Source: Patescibacteria group bacterium
GTDB taxonomy: Bacteria > Patescibacteriota > WWE3 > 2-01-FULL-39-13
Length of the DNA: 64,000 bases
Reading direction: 5' to 3'
NCBI GenBank assembly: GCA_048499955.1
Contig: JASNYX010000001.1
Location: 66,452 to 130,451 of the forward strand
The notes under the pieces were generated by a model. It had not been told where the DNA came from, did no database searches, and saw nothing but the letters and a program-made list of their open reading frames with translations. Made by a program: the position numbers and the translations under genes. Below are positions 39,990 to 50,100 of this stretch, one piece after another. Every line of letters begins with the position of its first letter. The first letter of the stretch is position 1.

Positions 39990-40649
39990 ATGAGCAATGT
40001 AATGGAGTCTGAGGTTTTTGACGTTAATACGTTAAGCACATTCACAAGCGAAAGCATTCCCCTCGAAGTGGGATCCTTCGCAAAACAAATGGCCGATAGC
40101 TGGTCTAACTATGCTAGAGCCGTAGCTCCTGATCTCGATGTTCCAGAGCTGGAAATACAAAACGAACTTGAGTCTCCGTTTGATATACACTCGGATACTT
40201 ACGACCGTGTTGCCACTTTGGTTAATCACTTATCGGCATATCTCAATATTGCGAAAGAACGATTTGCACCGTTAGTTAGACAGGTTCCTGATATACATAC
40301 CTGGAAAGAATTGGTTGAAGGTTATAATGATCCTCACTGGCCTGTTTTAGGTGTTATGAGTGAAGATACTCGTGATCTTTTATTGATCTGGGATCCTAGA
40401 AATTATCTTGAAGTCCGAATGAGCCGAAGTTCAGCTAATGACGAAAGCTCAGACCAACACGACAACACTATGTTTTTTAGAATCACAGACCGATACCGTG
40501 AAATCGCACAAATAGTTTCAGTTAAAGAAATGGCTGAAGACAAAAGAGCCATGGTAGGGTTATCAGCTTACAAATATAAAACCGCGAACGAATTTGAAGC
40601 AGTAGAAGGAGCAACGATGAGAGTTGAGCAGGTTGTGGAGATGGTTTGA
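39990..40649 (+). CDS. Hypothetical acidic protein
   Basis: 219-aa ORF after a consensus promoter. No recognised motif. Confidence 0.7.
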   Translation: MSNVMESEVFDVNTLSTFTSESIPLEVGSFAKQMADSWSNYARAVAPDLDVPELEIQNELESPFDIHSDTYDRVATLVNHLSAYLNIAKERFAPLVRQVPDIHTWKELVEGYNDPHWPVLGVMSEDTRDLLLIWDPRNYLEVRMSRSSANDESSDQHDNTMFFRITDRYREIAQIVSVKEMAEDKRAMVGLSAYKYKTANEFEAVEGATMRVEQVVEMV

Positions 40650-40666
40650 GAATAAAAATAGTAATG

Positions 40667-40960
40667 AAATCATTTGGGTCCAATTTTAGGGCAGGATAAA
40701 TTGGATCCAAATGAGCCAAGAAGAATTTCTTGTTGGTTCGAATTTGGCATTTTTGCCAAGTACATTTAAATAGTATGAGCAAAAGATGTTTCAGTTATTC
40801 ATTTGTTGAATAATCTGTATCTCTGACTGCTTATATGCGCGCTAGCGAAGATTAAAAGGAAATCTCCTTTTCGAATCAAATTCTGTGCTTCACCGCATTA
40901 GAGAATCATAACGATGGTTTTCTGGTGTGGTGAAGTACGTGAAGTTTGAATATAGACAAG
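40667..40960 (+). other. Structured upstream RNA/DNA module, copy 1
   Basis: Hairpin 40670-40714, box AAGTACATTTAAATAGTATG at 40758-40777, and a 25-bp stem 40885-40938 with 6 G-U pairs and no mismatch. Elements recur at 42284-42810. Confidence 0.7.
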
Positions 40961-40970
40961 GAGAAGAAAG

Positions 40971-42128
40971 ATGAAATTGCGAAAAGTTCTGTTGATCTTG
41001 GCGTTTTCTCTTGGTATGGGGTTACTCACTCTTCCGTTGTTGGCTGTTAAGGCTCAGGATGATGGGTCCCATAACGATCTGATGATTGTTGATGTCAGCA
41101 TCGATTCTGTTACTGTGTCCAGTAGCTTTACCGATTCGGTGGTGACAAAAGTGCATTTGTATGAGTGGATTACTGAGGGCAATCCCCCGGTGTTTCATGA
41201 ATATGAATTGATGATTCCCGCAAACGGAGTTGCAAGTGCTACGATCACTGCTACTAATTCAAGGTACGCCTTGGAAGCGGTGGTGGATCCAGACGGCCTT
41301 GTAGAAGAGACGGACGAGACGAACAACTCGAAGTACGTATGCTTGGGTTGTGAAACGCCTACGCCAGAGCCGATGGAGACATCCACGCCAGAGCCGACTG
41401 CAACTGATATCCCGGAGGTGACACCCACCAGCCAAGATGTGTGCCAAAATCCGCCTGCTATCCAGTATGTTGTGCAGGATAATAATGTTCATTTCTCCTT
41501 TGGCTGTCTTGTCCTGTGGCATTTGTACTATGATGGTGTTTTCCATTCATACGGCAATGACCAGGTTTTGGTTGTGAGTTTGGGTGACTTCGAAACCTCG
41601 ATTGAGGTGGTGTCTGCGCCAGATAGTGGTGCGAAAAAACTCTACCTGACAAAGGAGAGTTTGGTAGCAACGCCAGTCCCCAGTCCGACGGAGACGATCC
41701 AGCCGGAAGAAACGGCAACGCCAGTCCCTAGCCCGACGGAGACGACCCAGCCGGAAGAAACGGCAACGCCAGTCCCTAGCCCGACGGAGACGATCCAGCC
41801 GGAAGAAACGGCAACGCCAGTCCCTAGCCCGACGGAGACGATCCAGCCGGATCCATCCGAAGTTAAGGTCGTCAACGAACGAATTCAGGCGTCTATCAGT
41901 GGTGACTCTGGAGTGGTAGTTCACGTGTATTCGTGGGAAGGGAACGACTCTGAGTTTCACCATTTCATTACGGATGGTAACAACGTTGTGTTTCCTTTTA
42001 CGGGTTTGACCTTGATGGAAATCTGGGTGGACCCGGATGATAACCATGGCTTGAAAGCATACTATCGCTTTGTTATCACCGATGGAGTGGTTATTGGTCC
42101 GCTTCACCTCCCCCTCATCTTCAACTAG
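40971..42128 (+). CDS. Secreted CARDB-like protein with P/T-rich repeats and C-terminal LHLPLIFN tail
   Basis: AGGAG SD, signal peptide ending VKA, CARDB-like VVDPDGLVEETDETNN, P/T linkers. GC content visibly above the flanks. Confidence 0.8.
   Translation: MKLRKVLLILAFSLGMGLLTLPLLAVKAQDDGSHNDLMIVDVSIDSVTVSSSFTDSVVTKVHLYEWITEGNPPVFHEYELMIPANGVASATITATNSRYALEAVVDPDGLVEETDETNNSKYVCLGCETPTPEPMETSTPEPTATDIPEVTPTSQDVCQNPPAIQYVVQDNNVHFSFGCLVLWHLYYDGVFHSYGNDQVLVVSLGDFETSIEVVSAPDSGAKKLYLTKESLVATPVPSPTETIQPEETATPVPSPTETTQPEETATPVPSPTETIQPEETATPVPSPTETIQPDPSEVKVVNERIQASISGDSGVVVHVYSWEGNDSEFHHFITDGNNVVFPFTGLTLMEIWVDPDDNHGLKAYYRFVITDGVVIGPLHLPLIFN
41667..41851 (+). repeat. Intragenic 48-bp tandem repeat, about 3.9 copies (ATPVPSPTETIQPEET)
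   Basis: Near-identical units start at 41667, 41715, 41763 and 41811. Confidence 0.95.
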
Positions 42129-42283
42129 CGCGCTCGACTAGATTCCGAAACGGAAATGTTTTGATATGCATCTCGCATGTCGCAAAAAACAAATCCCAAG
42201 TAAGAATCTAGTCTAGCTCTTTCTAAAGATGAAGCTCCCCGGAGTTTGATCTTTAAGACGAGCTAAGCTCACGCACATTAAAT

Positions 42284-42810
42284 AAATCATTTAGGTCCAA
42301 TTTCCCCAAAGTGGATCTTAATGAGCAAAGAAGGAAACTCCTTTGCCAAAGTCTTTGAAGGATGCCTTCATGGATTTGTACAGTCAAACACGAAGACCCA
42401 TAGTATTGACGTTTTGCATGCTAAATGCTAGAATCGTCAAGCAATTGTAGTGCCTTTGTTGCGCTCAGAGTATGAATTTTTATTTTGGAAGTTAAGTTTC
42501 GACTTTCAGAATAAGTCAAGGAAGTTTTCTTCGTTGACTTGTACTTCGCTTGAATTTTCGAGCGATGGAAGATACAGCATTTGCCAAGGTCTTCAAAAGT
42601 ACATTTAAATAGTATGTCTTAAGGGAAGAAGCTATTCTATTTGCAGAACAGTTTCCCAGTTATAGACATACCCCAACACACTAAATTTTAAGATTTCCTT
42701 TCTAGGAAAGTGAACGAATAGACGATGTGATTGGTACTGCGTTGAGGTAAGGTTCTCGACGTTATTTCGATGTAGTACAAATCAACGTTCGTTTTTCAAT
42801 TCAACAGGAG
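42284..42810 (+). other. Structured upstream RNA/DNA module, copy 2 (with internal insertion)
   Basis: Hairpin 42287-42324 homologous to 40670-40714, identical 20-bp box at 42597-42616, and a 17-bp stem 42734-42778 with 5 G-U pairs. Confidence 0.7.
42406..42440 (+). promoter_or_regulatory. Sigma70-like promoter embedded in an inverted repeat
   Basis: TTGACG, 17-nt spacer, TAGAAT, followed by CGTCAA (the reverse complement of the -35 box). Confidence 0.6.
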
Positions 42811-42817
42811 ACATATC

Positions 42818-44149
42818 ATGTGGTGGTTATTGATGGTATTGGCTTGGATCGCCTTTGGCGTTGCACTGGTTGCACTTACTGCCAAGGGCATTATGTGGTT
42901 TCGGCAAGGTCGTGCATGGCCTTATCGCAGTGGTCGAACACCCGTGTTCGCAATTGCTGCGGCCGTCTCGTTTGTGTTGGTTTTTGTTTTTGCAGGACTC
43001 GCTCTTGCGAGAGCTCCGTTCCCACAGTTTTCAGCTCCGGTTGGCACTCTTGCTCAAAGCAGAGCAGCTGCACAGCTTCCAGAGTTCACTCTTGGGAATG
43101 AAGCACCCGCACCTTCGGAGCAGATGCCGCAAGTTGGAGACTCGGCAATTGCACAATCAAACCCGACCTCAACACCGGCTGTTCATGTTCAGCCCACTGC
43201 GCCTGTGACTACAGCTCAAAGTGCATCCACTGTGATCATGCAAACCTGGGAAAACACCAAGTTCCAGGAGTGGACTGCACTGATGGCGGAAATGGCTCGT
43301 GTGAATGAGTGGTCGAAGCTGAAAGGTCCAGCAGTCCCGTTGGTAGAAACCTCTGAAGTAGGCCAAAATGACGCACCTGCGGTGACCCCTTATTCGATTT
43401 GGGGAATTTTCACCGGCCATGGTGACTTCGAGTACGGGACTGTCCGGTTTGGTTGGCAATATCGCAGGGGTACGTTGTACGTTGCGCTTTTCGAGAATCA
43501 GACTGAGGAGCCTTTGCAGTTCCGGGCCCGAAATATTCCGGTTGGTGGAACCTCGGCAGTTGAGTACAACAGCTATGAGCATGTGAATATCGAAGCACTG
43601 GCCGGACTTCCTTTGTTGGATGGGCGTAATTTCCACTGTGGTATCCGTTGCGACAGCGTTGTCGTGACGCATATTGTTCACACCAATAATGGTGACGTCC
43701 GCCAAGACTACGAGTTCAACCTCACCGGCATGGTTAACAAGCCAGCAGCAACAGGCCCAGCCTCTATGGTTGTGACGTCCTCTCAGCCAACTGCTGTGAG
43801 TACGCCTGCTGTAGATAGCAGTAATCTGGAGGAGTCTCCTGCGGAAATCTGCGGCGAAGCGTTCATTCAAGATTGGCGTTCGAGCTCACCCAAATTCCCT
43901 GTTCGGGATGGCTACCAGTTGTGGATCACCACAGACCCTGCTTCTGTAGATGGAAAACAGAAATCTGCAACGAGGCTCGTCATCTTATCCGATTTGTCTC
44001 TCAACCTTTCCGAGGTTGCCATTGGTGACCAAGGTCACGCCAACAGCTTCGGTTGTTTGGTCAAAGGGCAGATCACTAAGGAGAAGATCGACCAATTGAT
44101 GCAGAGCATGCCGGGCGCCGTTCTTCTTGATCTCCGAGCCAAAGGCTAG
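42818..44149 (+). CDS. Hypothetical membrane-anchored extracellular protein
   Basis: AGGAG SD, two N-terminal TM helices, A/P/Q/T linkers separating two globular regions. Higher GC than the flanks. Confidence 0.8.
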   Translation: MWWLLMVLAWIAFGVALVALTAKGIMWFRQGRAWPYRSGRTPVFAIAAAVSFVLVFVFAGLALARAPFPQFSAPVGTLAQSRAAAQLPEFTLGNEAPAPSEQMPQVGDSAIAQSNPTSTPAVHVQPTAPVTTAQSASTVIMQTWENTKFQEWTALMAEMARVNEWSKLKGPAVPLVETSEVGQNDAPAVTPYSIWGIFTGHGDFEYGTVRFGWQYRRGTLYVALFENQTEEPLQFRARNIPVGGTSAVEYNSYEHVNIEALAGLPLLDGRNFHCGIRCDSVVVTHIVHTNNGDVRQDYEFNLTGMVNKPAATGPASMVVTSSQPTAVSTPAVDSSNLEESPAEICGEAFIQDWRSSSPKFPVRDGYQLWITTDPASVDGKQKSATRLVILSDLSLNLSEVAIGDQGHANSFGCLVKGQITKEKIDQLMQSMPGAVLLDLRAKG

Positions 44150-44437
44150 TGTGTTGGGTTGCTAACCTATAGGGTTAGCAGGGGTCGGGCGAATGCTCGA
44201 GAATTTTCCTTGGCGATTTTTGCCATGTGAACATTTTCGAATCCATTCGACCCGACCTACACACTTTTTGAGTCTTGGAAGTTTTCTTCAAAGATTCGAA
44301 AAGTGTTTCCATTTGATATAAAAAAGGTTGCCTTTCAATAGGCTTTGTTTTGCACACTAAAATCGACCTTTTAGGCGAGATACATAGAAGTATGAATTAC
44401 TTTCGTGTTTCTAGAAGTCTGAGCTTAGGAGGTCAAG

Positions 44438-44698
44438 ATGAGATCCTTGCTGGCAGTTTTGAGTGCTTTGGCATGGGGATTTGTCACCCTTGTGTTTTTA
44501 CTGGCGATGTTTTTCCCAGGCATCCCCCATCGGGTAAATTTCGTGCTAGACACCAACGCCGCCGATGCAGACCGTACTGCGGTCGTGGGCATCTACGCTT
44601 TCCACAGCCCTGCAGAAAGCGCAGGTCACATCCCCACCGGGCGTGCCGAGCTTAGGCTCGTCAGAGATGTAGGGCTAATGCTCTACATCGGCCCGTAG
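44438..44698 (+). CDS. 86-aa protein with N-terminal hydrophobic helix
   Basis: AGGAGG SD, GC-rich coding sequence bounded by AT-richer hairpin regions. Confidence 0.65.
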   Translation: MRSLLAVLSALAWGFVTLVFLLAMFFPGIPHRVNFVLDTNAADADRTAVVGIYAFHSPAESAGHIPTGRAELRLVRDVGLMLYIGP

Positions 44699-44923
44699 GG
44701 CGAAGACCGGACAGATTGTTCGAATTGTTTTTGGTTCATCGCGAACCATTCACCCAATTCGATGTTTTCTTTCTGTCCGGTCTAGAAGTTTTAGTTCTTT
44801 TTCAAATAAGCAGATCATTGAGGTTTCTAAATGCCGAGATGAAATTCTGAATATTTGAAAATGAATTAATGAGTGTTTCGTATGCTGATGAGGTTTTTCT
44901 GCATTTTTGCAAAGAGTTGAGTT

Positions 44924-47176
44924 TTGTTGGAGAATAAAAACATAAATATGCAAGAAATTAATCAAACTACAACTGTTGCGAAAAATAATATATCCGGCTC
45001 AATCAACCGTAAAACCCTGCAACTTAACGAAATAAGCACTAAATCTAGAAGCATGGGAGCAGACACCGGAATCATTTCCCGATACGTTAATAAATTCAAA
45101 TCAGATGATTTTAACCTGGCACTTCTTGGCCTTTTACTTTTCCATATAGGCATTTTTGTAATATTTCAAATAATCGATCGTTCGAATCAAACTTGGGATA
45201 GCGCCGGTCATATCGGTATGAGCTATAACATTGTTGAACAACTTAAATTATGGGCAAGAGGAGATATTGGAACCATTGATTTATTGAGAACCTCTGATTA
45301 TTATCCTCCTTTTGTTCAGGCTCTTGGTGCTGTATTGGTAATGATATTTGGGTATGGTAGTAATCTGATTCTTTCACTAACCTTATTCTTTTACCTGCTG
45401 GCAATTATATTTTTATACGTTGATATTAAACTCATTGGGGGAAGCTCCAGAAAAGCTTTCTTTGCCTCATTCGTATTTTCGTTATTTCCTCAGGTTTTTG
45501 AACAATCACGTGTTTTTCATTTAGATTTACCGTTGGTTGCTTTATTGTTAATCGCCTTTTACTTCTTTGTAAAAAGCAAAGGTTTGCAGATCACCAGATA
45601 TACAGTGTGGTTTGCTTTGTTTTTTGCTTTTGCTCAATTAACCAAATGGTACGGGTTTATATACTTGGCTATCCCTTGTTTGGCTTATTTTGTATATTTC
45701 CAAAAACAGGGAATTAACACCAAAGAGCTTGTTAAGAATGCTTTAATTTCAGCCGGAATAGTTGCTGTTGTAGCACTCCCTTGGTACATAGCTAATTACA
45801 ATCGGCTCGTAGAGTATTCGAGCATATTTTCTACCGGAGAAATTGATGATCCTCAGTTTTTTTGGTCGTTTTACAACTTCTTTTACTACCCGACAAGAAT
45901 ATTGTCCCACCAGTTGTTTTTACTACCCTCGTTGATAGTTTTGGCGTCCCTGGGTTTTCTGTATAAAAGAAATAAAAATAAGTTTTGGATAATATTAGCT
46001 TCGATTATTGTGCCTATGTTTGTTTTCACAGTCGTAGGTAATAAAAATCTAAGGTATGTGTTCCCATTAACGCCGGTATTTGCTTATCTGATTACTGATT
46101 TTCTATACAATCTGCCACATACGTGGAATTCTGTGTCGAGGCCATTAAAAGCTGCACTTGTCGGTTATTTAGCATTTGCGTTTTTCTTTACATCTTTTAA
46201 TCAGATAAAAGCCCAATCCGAAATACTTAAGCCGATCGGAATGTTGTTTTCGGCGAATTATTACAATGTTTGGGTATACGAGCCACAGCTTTATTCATAT
46301 AACCGTGATTACTGGCCGATAGATGAAATTTGGGATTTTATTGCTCTTGATTCAGGAAACTTTCAGGAGGTTTTTGGAGTAACTCCGCTCTTTGATAAGA
46401 GAAATCTTTCATTGGCTACCTTTGAATTAATGAGACGTGAAAATGGTTATACGAAAGCCTATGTTCCTGTTCCTTACTTTCAGTTTGAACCTTTTGGATC
46501 TGAAACCGAAATACTTGATTACCTGAATGAAAATAATGTGAAATATGTTCTAGTAACTGAAGACCCAGGACCAATAGGTTTAAGGAACTATGCTGTTTTA
46601 GATCAAATGACCAAGTATTTCTTATCAAGAAGGAATGCATATTATGAACAGGTCAAAACTTTTGAATTACCTGACGGTTACACTTTGAAGGTTTTCAAGA
46701 GATTGCCCCCAGGTCAGAAACTTGATTACACCGTAAGCGCTCAATGTAAATCTGACGCAGGACTCGACGACGGTATTGAAACTATACAGCTAAGAAGAAA
46801 TCATACCTATGTGTTCTATACCGGACACTACGGCTTAGACCGTACAGTTAAAGCTTTCGAAGAAGGAACCATTTACATCGTGCAGATTGAAAATATCCCA
46901 CACGAGAGCAATTTAGATGTCTACAATTTACCTCACGTTGGAACCGGAATGTGTATTTTCGACACTATTGATATTGATCTAACTGACGCCATTAGACGGC
47001 CATTAATCGAGCCAAATCACTGTGCCGTTGACTGCGAGAAAGTTGTACACATCAAGTGGGTAGTCGGAGATGCTGAACCTGTCGAAACCATATACTACAG
47101 AGGCGATTTCACTACTGAAGAAGATGTCGGAGTCGTTGAAGACGCTGGAATGCTGGATTCAGGAATCGTTAATTAA
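44924..47176 (+). CDS. GT-C fold membrane glycosyltransferase (ArnT/PMT-like)
   Basis: WD.A.H, YYPP, D.P, LTKW, LPWY, RY..PL.P and many TM helices. Start uncertain. Confidence 0.82.
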   Translation: MLENKNINMQEINQTTTVAKNNISGSINRKTLQLNEISTKSRSMGADTGIISRYVNKFKSDDFNLALLGLLLFHIGIFVIFQIIDRSNQTWDSAGHIGMSYNIVEQLKLWARGDIGTIDLLRTSDYYPPFVQALGAVLVMIFGYGSNLILSLTLFFYLLAIIFLYVDIKLIGGSSRKAFFASFVFSLFPQVFEQSRVFHLDLPLVALLLIAFYFFVKSKGLQITRYTVWFALFFAFAQLTKWYGFIYLAIPCLAYFVYFQKQGINTKELVKNALISAGIVAVVALPWYIANYNRLVEYSSIFSTGEIDDPQFFWSFYNFFYYPTRILSHQLFLLPSLIVLASLGFLYKRNKNKFWIILASIIVPMFVFTVVGNKNLRYVFPLTPVFAYLITDFLYNLPHTWNSVSRPLKAALVGYLAFAFFFTSFNQIKAQSEILKPIGMLFSANYYNVWVYEPQLYSYNRDYWPIDEIWDFIALDSGNFQEVFGVTPLFDKRNLSLATFELMRRENGYTKAYVPVPYFQFEPFGSETEILDYLNENNVKYVLVTEDPGPIGLRNYAVLDQMTKYFLSRRNAYYEQVKTFELPDGYTLKVFKRLPPGQKLDYTVSAQCKSDAGLDDGIETIQLRRNHTYVFYTGHYGLDRTVKAFEEGTIYIVQIENIPHESNLDVYNLPHVGTGMCIFDTIDIDLTDAIRRPLIEPNHCAVDCEKVVHIKWVVGDAEPVETIYYRGDFTTEEDVGVVEDAGMLDSGIVN

Positions 47177-47184
47177 CAAATCCC

Positions 47185-50100
47185 ATGGGATCTGCCGGAA
47201 AAGATTCGCACATGATTATGTCCCGCCTGAAAGGTATTAAAATCACAAAAGAAACCCTGATAACTCATTGGCCGGAAATTGCTTTATTTATTATCGTTGC
47301 ATTTATTTGCCTTGTTAACTACAAGCCCGGTTACTGGTTTAGCGGTTGGGACACACTACATCCCGAATTCAATTATTCAATTTACTGGAACCGAATTACG
47401 AATAGCGTATGGCAGGAACACCAGGGTTTAGGTGCCGTTGCAACTCAGGCACATGCTTCTGAGATCCCCAGAGTTATGTTGTTATGGTTTTTTGACCTGT
47501 TTTTGCCCACGCATTTTGTAAGATGGATGTATTTTTTTGCAATGCTGATGATTGGCCCTTTAGGTATTTACTATCTTTGTCAGCATTTATTTCACCATAA
47601 AGACCATAAGAAAATTTATTCTTTTTTAGGCGGGTTGTTTTATCTGCTTAATTTGGGAACATTGCAGAATTTTTATGCCCCACTTGAAATGTTTGCGACG
47701 CTATATGGATTTATCGGATTTCTGTTTTTGTATACATTGAAGTTCCTCGATAGCGGCGAAAAGCGATTTGTGCTCATTTTTGCAGTGTTGTCGTTTTTTT
47801 CAGCACCAATGGCTCATACCCCGACCCTGTGGGTGGTCTATTTTATTCTGCTTACGGCTTTTGCCCTTTCTATTACTACTGTGCAGTTTAGTCGCTTTTC
47901 ATTTGCGTATTTTCGAAGGTGCGTAATTTTACTTGGCACCGCGTTTTTGATGAATTCTTTTTGGATTTTGCCGACTGCGTATTTTACGTTAACACACGCA
48001 AAAGACGTTTCTTCTGCAAAGATCACTCGATTCGTAAGCGAAGAGGGAATTCTAAACAATCTTGAGTATGCCAATATTGAAAATCTGGCGTTGCTAAAAG
48101 GCTACCTTTTTAACTGGAAAGTTCACAGGGGAGACGGGCAATTTACACCAATTTTTATAGATTGGGAAATGCATTTCTATCGATTAGGCAATTTCTACGT
48201 GCAACATTGGGGCTATTTGTTTTTCGGAATAATCGTAATCGGTATTATTTTTACGGCTATCAGAACACGTTATTACCGTGGGCTTACTTCTCTTGCTGTA
48301 GTTTTTCTTTTGAGCTTGTTCTTTTTATTAATGGAAAATTCGGTAATCGGATTTGCATATGTGTATTTGCGGAATAATTTCCCGATTATTAAAGAGGCGC
48401 TCAGATTTCCTTATACGAAATTTTCGATTCCCTTAATAATGACCTACGCTGTATTTTTTGCTTTTGGTGCTTATGCGATTTCTAAAATATTCGTAAAGGC
48501 GTATCCGAAGAACGTCAATATAAACAAGTACGTGGGAGTAATCTTTTCGTTTATGCTTGTTATATACTGTTGGCCTGCTTTCAATGGAAAGCTTTTTGGA
48601 GATATTCAACAAGTCAAAATTCCGGATTATTACTTTGAGGCATACGATTATTTAAACAAACATGAAAACAGTCGTATTGCTACATTGCCTTTGCACAGTA
48701 TGTATGGTTGGGTTTACTACGATTGGCAGGAAAACGACCGTATTAATGCGGATTATCAAGGCGCAGGGTTTGTATGGTTTTTATCTAAAAACCCGATCTT
48801 AGACCGTGAGTTTGATCGTTGGTATCCTACTAACGAAGACTTTTATAATGAGTTTCACTATGCTGTTTATTCCGGAAATACCGAATTGTTAAAATATATC
48901 TTTAATAAATATGATGTTAAATTTCTTATTTATGATACGAGTATTGATGTGCCGTGGAATAAAAATGCCCTATATTCTGAAGGCATTGAGAAACTATTTG
49001 CAGATAAATCTGTTTTTAGAGTAGACCAAACCTTTGGTTCTCTAAATATCTATAAGATTGCCGGAGCATTTACTAGCGATGGATCTGAACCAAGAGTAAG
49101 TAATTATTCTGAAACTCCCGAACAAATTAGATATGTAAGCGGGGCTTATAGCAATATAAACGTTGACTCTGAATTCTGGCAACATAAAGATAACTCTTTG
49201 GGCGGAATTTCGTCTTCATCAAGTTTTGCCTATTACACCTCGGACGAAGTTTCCAGCAAAGTTGTTGGTTCGATATTTAAAGATGATAATTATCTCGCAG
49301 ACTCTTTATCTACCGGTGAAATTCCACTTCTTAATTCTGATAACGACGGCTTTTTTCTATATCTACCTGACCTATCTGTAGAGGACTATATTCCGGCTGA
49401 AATAAACAACTCTGTCGATTCGTTCGGCAAGAATGTCAGCATCAAGTATTTATATCCCAAAATTTTGAAATCATCTGGTGAAGCTATCTTTAATCCACAG
49501 TACGAGACGAACTTGCCGCTAGAGCCTAATCAGTCGATGATAATCAATCGAAAAGCTATAGGATCGACCTCTCGTGTGGTTTTTCTAAACAGACTGGATA
49601 ATGAATCATTTGTTTATAACAGCGAGCCTTCAGTCGTTTATGATTTAAGCTCAAAGGTTTACTCTGCCCAAGTGCAGGATTGTTCAGGCGGGATTGGAAG
49701 TTTTGGTAAAGATTTCGGGAGGTATCCCGGCGGTGTGATTCTTAAAGCAGTCGATAAAAATTTGTGTTTAGATTTCGATGAAGAAATTGTTAACCAATCT
49801 CCGGTTGTTTATAAAGTGTCTTTTGAATATACAGCCGAAAATGGAGCCAGGCCGTTGTATTGTTTGACCGAGGGTTCTCTTGATACGTGTCTTAACTATA
49901 AATATGAGGACGCCCCAAAAGTAAACTCCAAGCTTAATTTCTCGAAATATGAAGATTTTGTAATCGTTCGGGACTCAAAATCTTTAAAGTTCACGCTCAT
50001 TTTAGAAACAGATGATAAAAGCAAAGAGTTAAAATCCGAATTCATTAATTTGAAAATCGAAGCATACGAAGGTCTATATGAGAGCAGATTTGGGCTTGAC

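Noticed and set aside
41667-41851. Tandem repeat as a possible CRISPR array
   Set aside because: Units are contiguous, 48 bp, in frame and without unique spacers. It is a coding P/T linker repeat, and no cas genes are present.
43169-43870. 233-aa antisense ORF, plus 41547-42107 and other overlapping ORFs in the island
   Set aside because: Shadows of GC-richer sense genes that have an SD and signal or TM features. No independent motifs.
44160-44180. TGCTAACC...GGTTAGCA as an integron attC site
   Set aside because: Far shorter than an attC, not repeated after the other ORFs, and no integrase is in the window.
44350-44655. Alternative 101-aa ORF overlapping 44438-44698
   Set aside because: TTG start without SD inside a hairpin region. 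The 44438 frame has AGGAGG and a coherent hydrophobic N-terminus.
40650-44900. Retron, DGR or group II intron explanation for the hairpins
   Set aside because: No reverse transcriptase in the window and no TR/VR pair with adenine-specific differences seen. A trans-acting enzyme elsewhere cannot be excluded.
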